Made by a program: the position numbers and the translations under genes. The notes below the pieces were generated by a model. It made no database searches and was not told the origin of the DNA. It saw only the letters and a program-made list of their open reading frames with translations. A stretch of 64,000 nucleotides of DNA from Lepidodermella squamata (lineage: Eukaryota; Animalia; Gastrotricha): assembly GCA_047495785.1 (NCBI GenBank), contig JBLDXI010000064.1, positions 124,001 to 188,000 of the forward strand. Reading direction: 5' to 3'. Shown here piece by piece: positions 62,576 to 64,000 of the stretch (the first letter of the stretch is position 1; each line of letters begins with the position of its first letter).

Positions 62576-63269
62576 GCGAGTTGCAAAGTTGCGAGTTGCA
62601 AAATGCGAGTTGTGTATAAAGTGCTCCCTCGTTTGTAGACCACGATGATTACGACGATTTCGATGTTGAATCGAGCGAAATTACATGTTCTAGACGCTAC
62701 CATCCAGATGGTGAAGAAATTTTAAAGATACTTACGACGACCTCTGGAATGATACCAATAAGCGAAGCGCGACAAAAGAAACTCGCCACTACAGTGCTCC
62801 CTCGATTAGTGCACGGGGTCGGGGCTGTGGGTCTTGCACTTATCCAGGGTTGCAGCTAACGAGGGCTGTTAAAGAGCTAGTGATGAATCATAAGTGCGTA
62901 ACTACGTTTTTTTCTTAGTTGCTAAGGAGACGTTGTTTTTAGTGGTTAGCCATATCTGAAACCAAGCCCGGGATCAATTTTTAAGGATCCGTATTTTTTT
63001 TCTTAAAAGTATCTGTTGCCAGTAATGGATTGAAAATGATCGTTGGTCCACTGGGGTCATTCGGATTATGTTTCGGATCAATGGCCTTTGGCCTTTTGTA
63101 GCAATCATGGTAATTAGGTTGCTTTTCTCATGATTTAATCAATACCAAAATAATTTTTTAAATCGGGCTGGTAGTTATTACCATGTCAACATTTAAAGCA
63201 GAATGAGGATTTTGGGGTCAATCAAAAAAGGGCAAAATTTTTCCTTTCAATACTCATTTCGTAAAACAG

Positions 63270-64000
63270 CTCTGCCGAATACCCGCTGCGGCGAGGGACG
63301 AGCTCGTGAAACGAGAATTCTATCTAGATCCTCCAAGCCTGATCCTCACTAAAACAGCTATTCGTCACTTTCTTAAACTAAAATTCGAGGACAACCATAT
63401 TCTGCTGAAGACTGCTTTCGAAATAATTGATTCTAACAAAAATCTATATAAACACATCTTCAAAAATTTACCAGAAGATGTTGAAAAATTAGGCGGAAAA
63501 GAAATTTTTAACGCTACATCTAAATTTGAGGGCCTAGCCCTGCTTGAGAGATGGTACGAGAAATGGGTCGAAAATGATAAATTTTCGACGGCCTCTTCTC
63601 TGAAATCGCTCTACCAAAATCCTGTCTACTCTGAAGAGAAATTCGACAAACTATTAATATACTCTAGTACGCGGCAAGCTTTCTGGTCAATTAAAAATAT
63701 TCAAACTCTAGCGATGATCAGAACTAATTCCGTACACAAACCGTTTTGCTACATAAATAACTTCGGCCTTAGATGTATCTTCTGCTTGAAAAATAGTAAT
63801 AATCCCGCCCTATCTCTAAATAGCTTCTCGGACTCTGTCGAATTGCTAACACACCTATATGTAGAATGTAACCACTTGCCATTGCTATATAATATTAATA
63901 ACGCCGAAATAAAACCCGATAAACGCGACATTATCAATTCTATAATTCGTTGCGAATCCAGCGGCTCTGCCCATCTTTCAAAAATACTATCTCTCGCCTA
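63270..64000 (+). mobile_element. 3' portion of a non-LTR retrotransposon ORF2 (runs off the window)
   Basis: Stop-free frame of ~240 codons absent from the ORF track; contains RCIFC...ELLTHLYVECNHL, the C-terminal CCHC finger pattern of LINE ORF2. Confidence 0.55.

Noticed and set aside
1-64000. Assigning a species or phylum
   Set aside because: Short introns and TE content indicate an invertebrate-like genome, but nothing diagnostic is present.

Overview
This is eukaryotic, invertebrate-like genomic DNA: AT-rich, with many 50-60 nt GT-AG introns and no prokaryotic features. Most of the window is a tandem/inverted cluster of seven 10-exon paralogs (A-G) plus several fragments. They encode secreted ~430-450 aa proteins made of six 4-Cys modules and a highly divergent C-terminal C-type lectin domain (CTLD). 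Nested in the cluster is a 6-exon, ~1225 aa Cys-loop ion channel subunit with a very large N-terminal extension (two repeated domains plus a Ser/Thr stalk). Transposons are dense: a full-length but mutated LINE in exon 2 of copy D, a MULE and related MITEs, a Helitron, and TA- and hAT-type MITEs. The most striking element is a 3.4 kb TIR transposon inserted in exon 7 of copy G. It carries an intact 5-exon RAG1-core/Transib-like transposase and a convergent Myb/SANT-like second gene. It is flanked by an identical 181-bp duplication that rebuilds the interrupted host exon. All gene models were spliced by eye, and family assignments rest on remembered motifs, not database searches.
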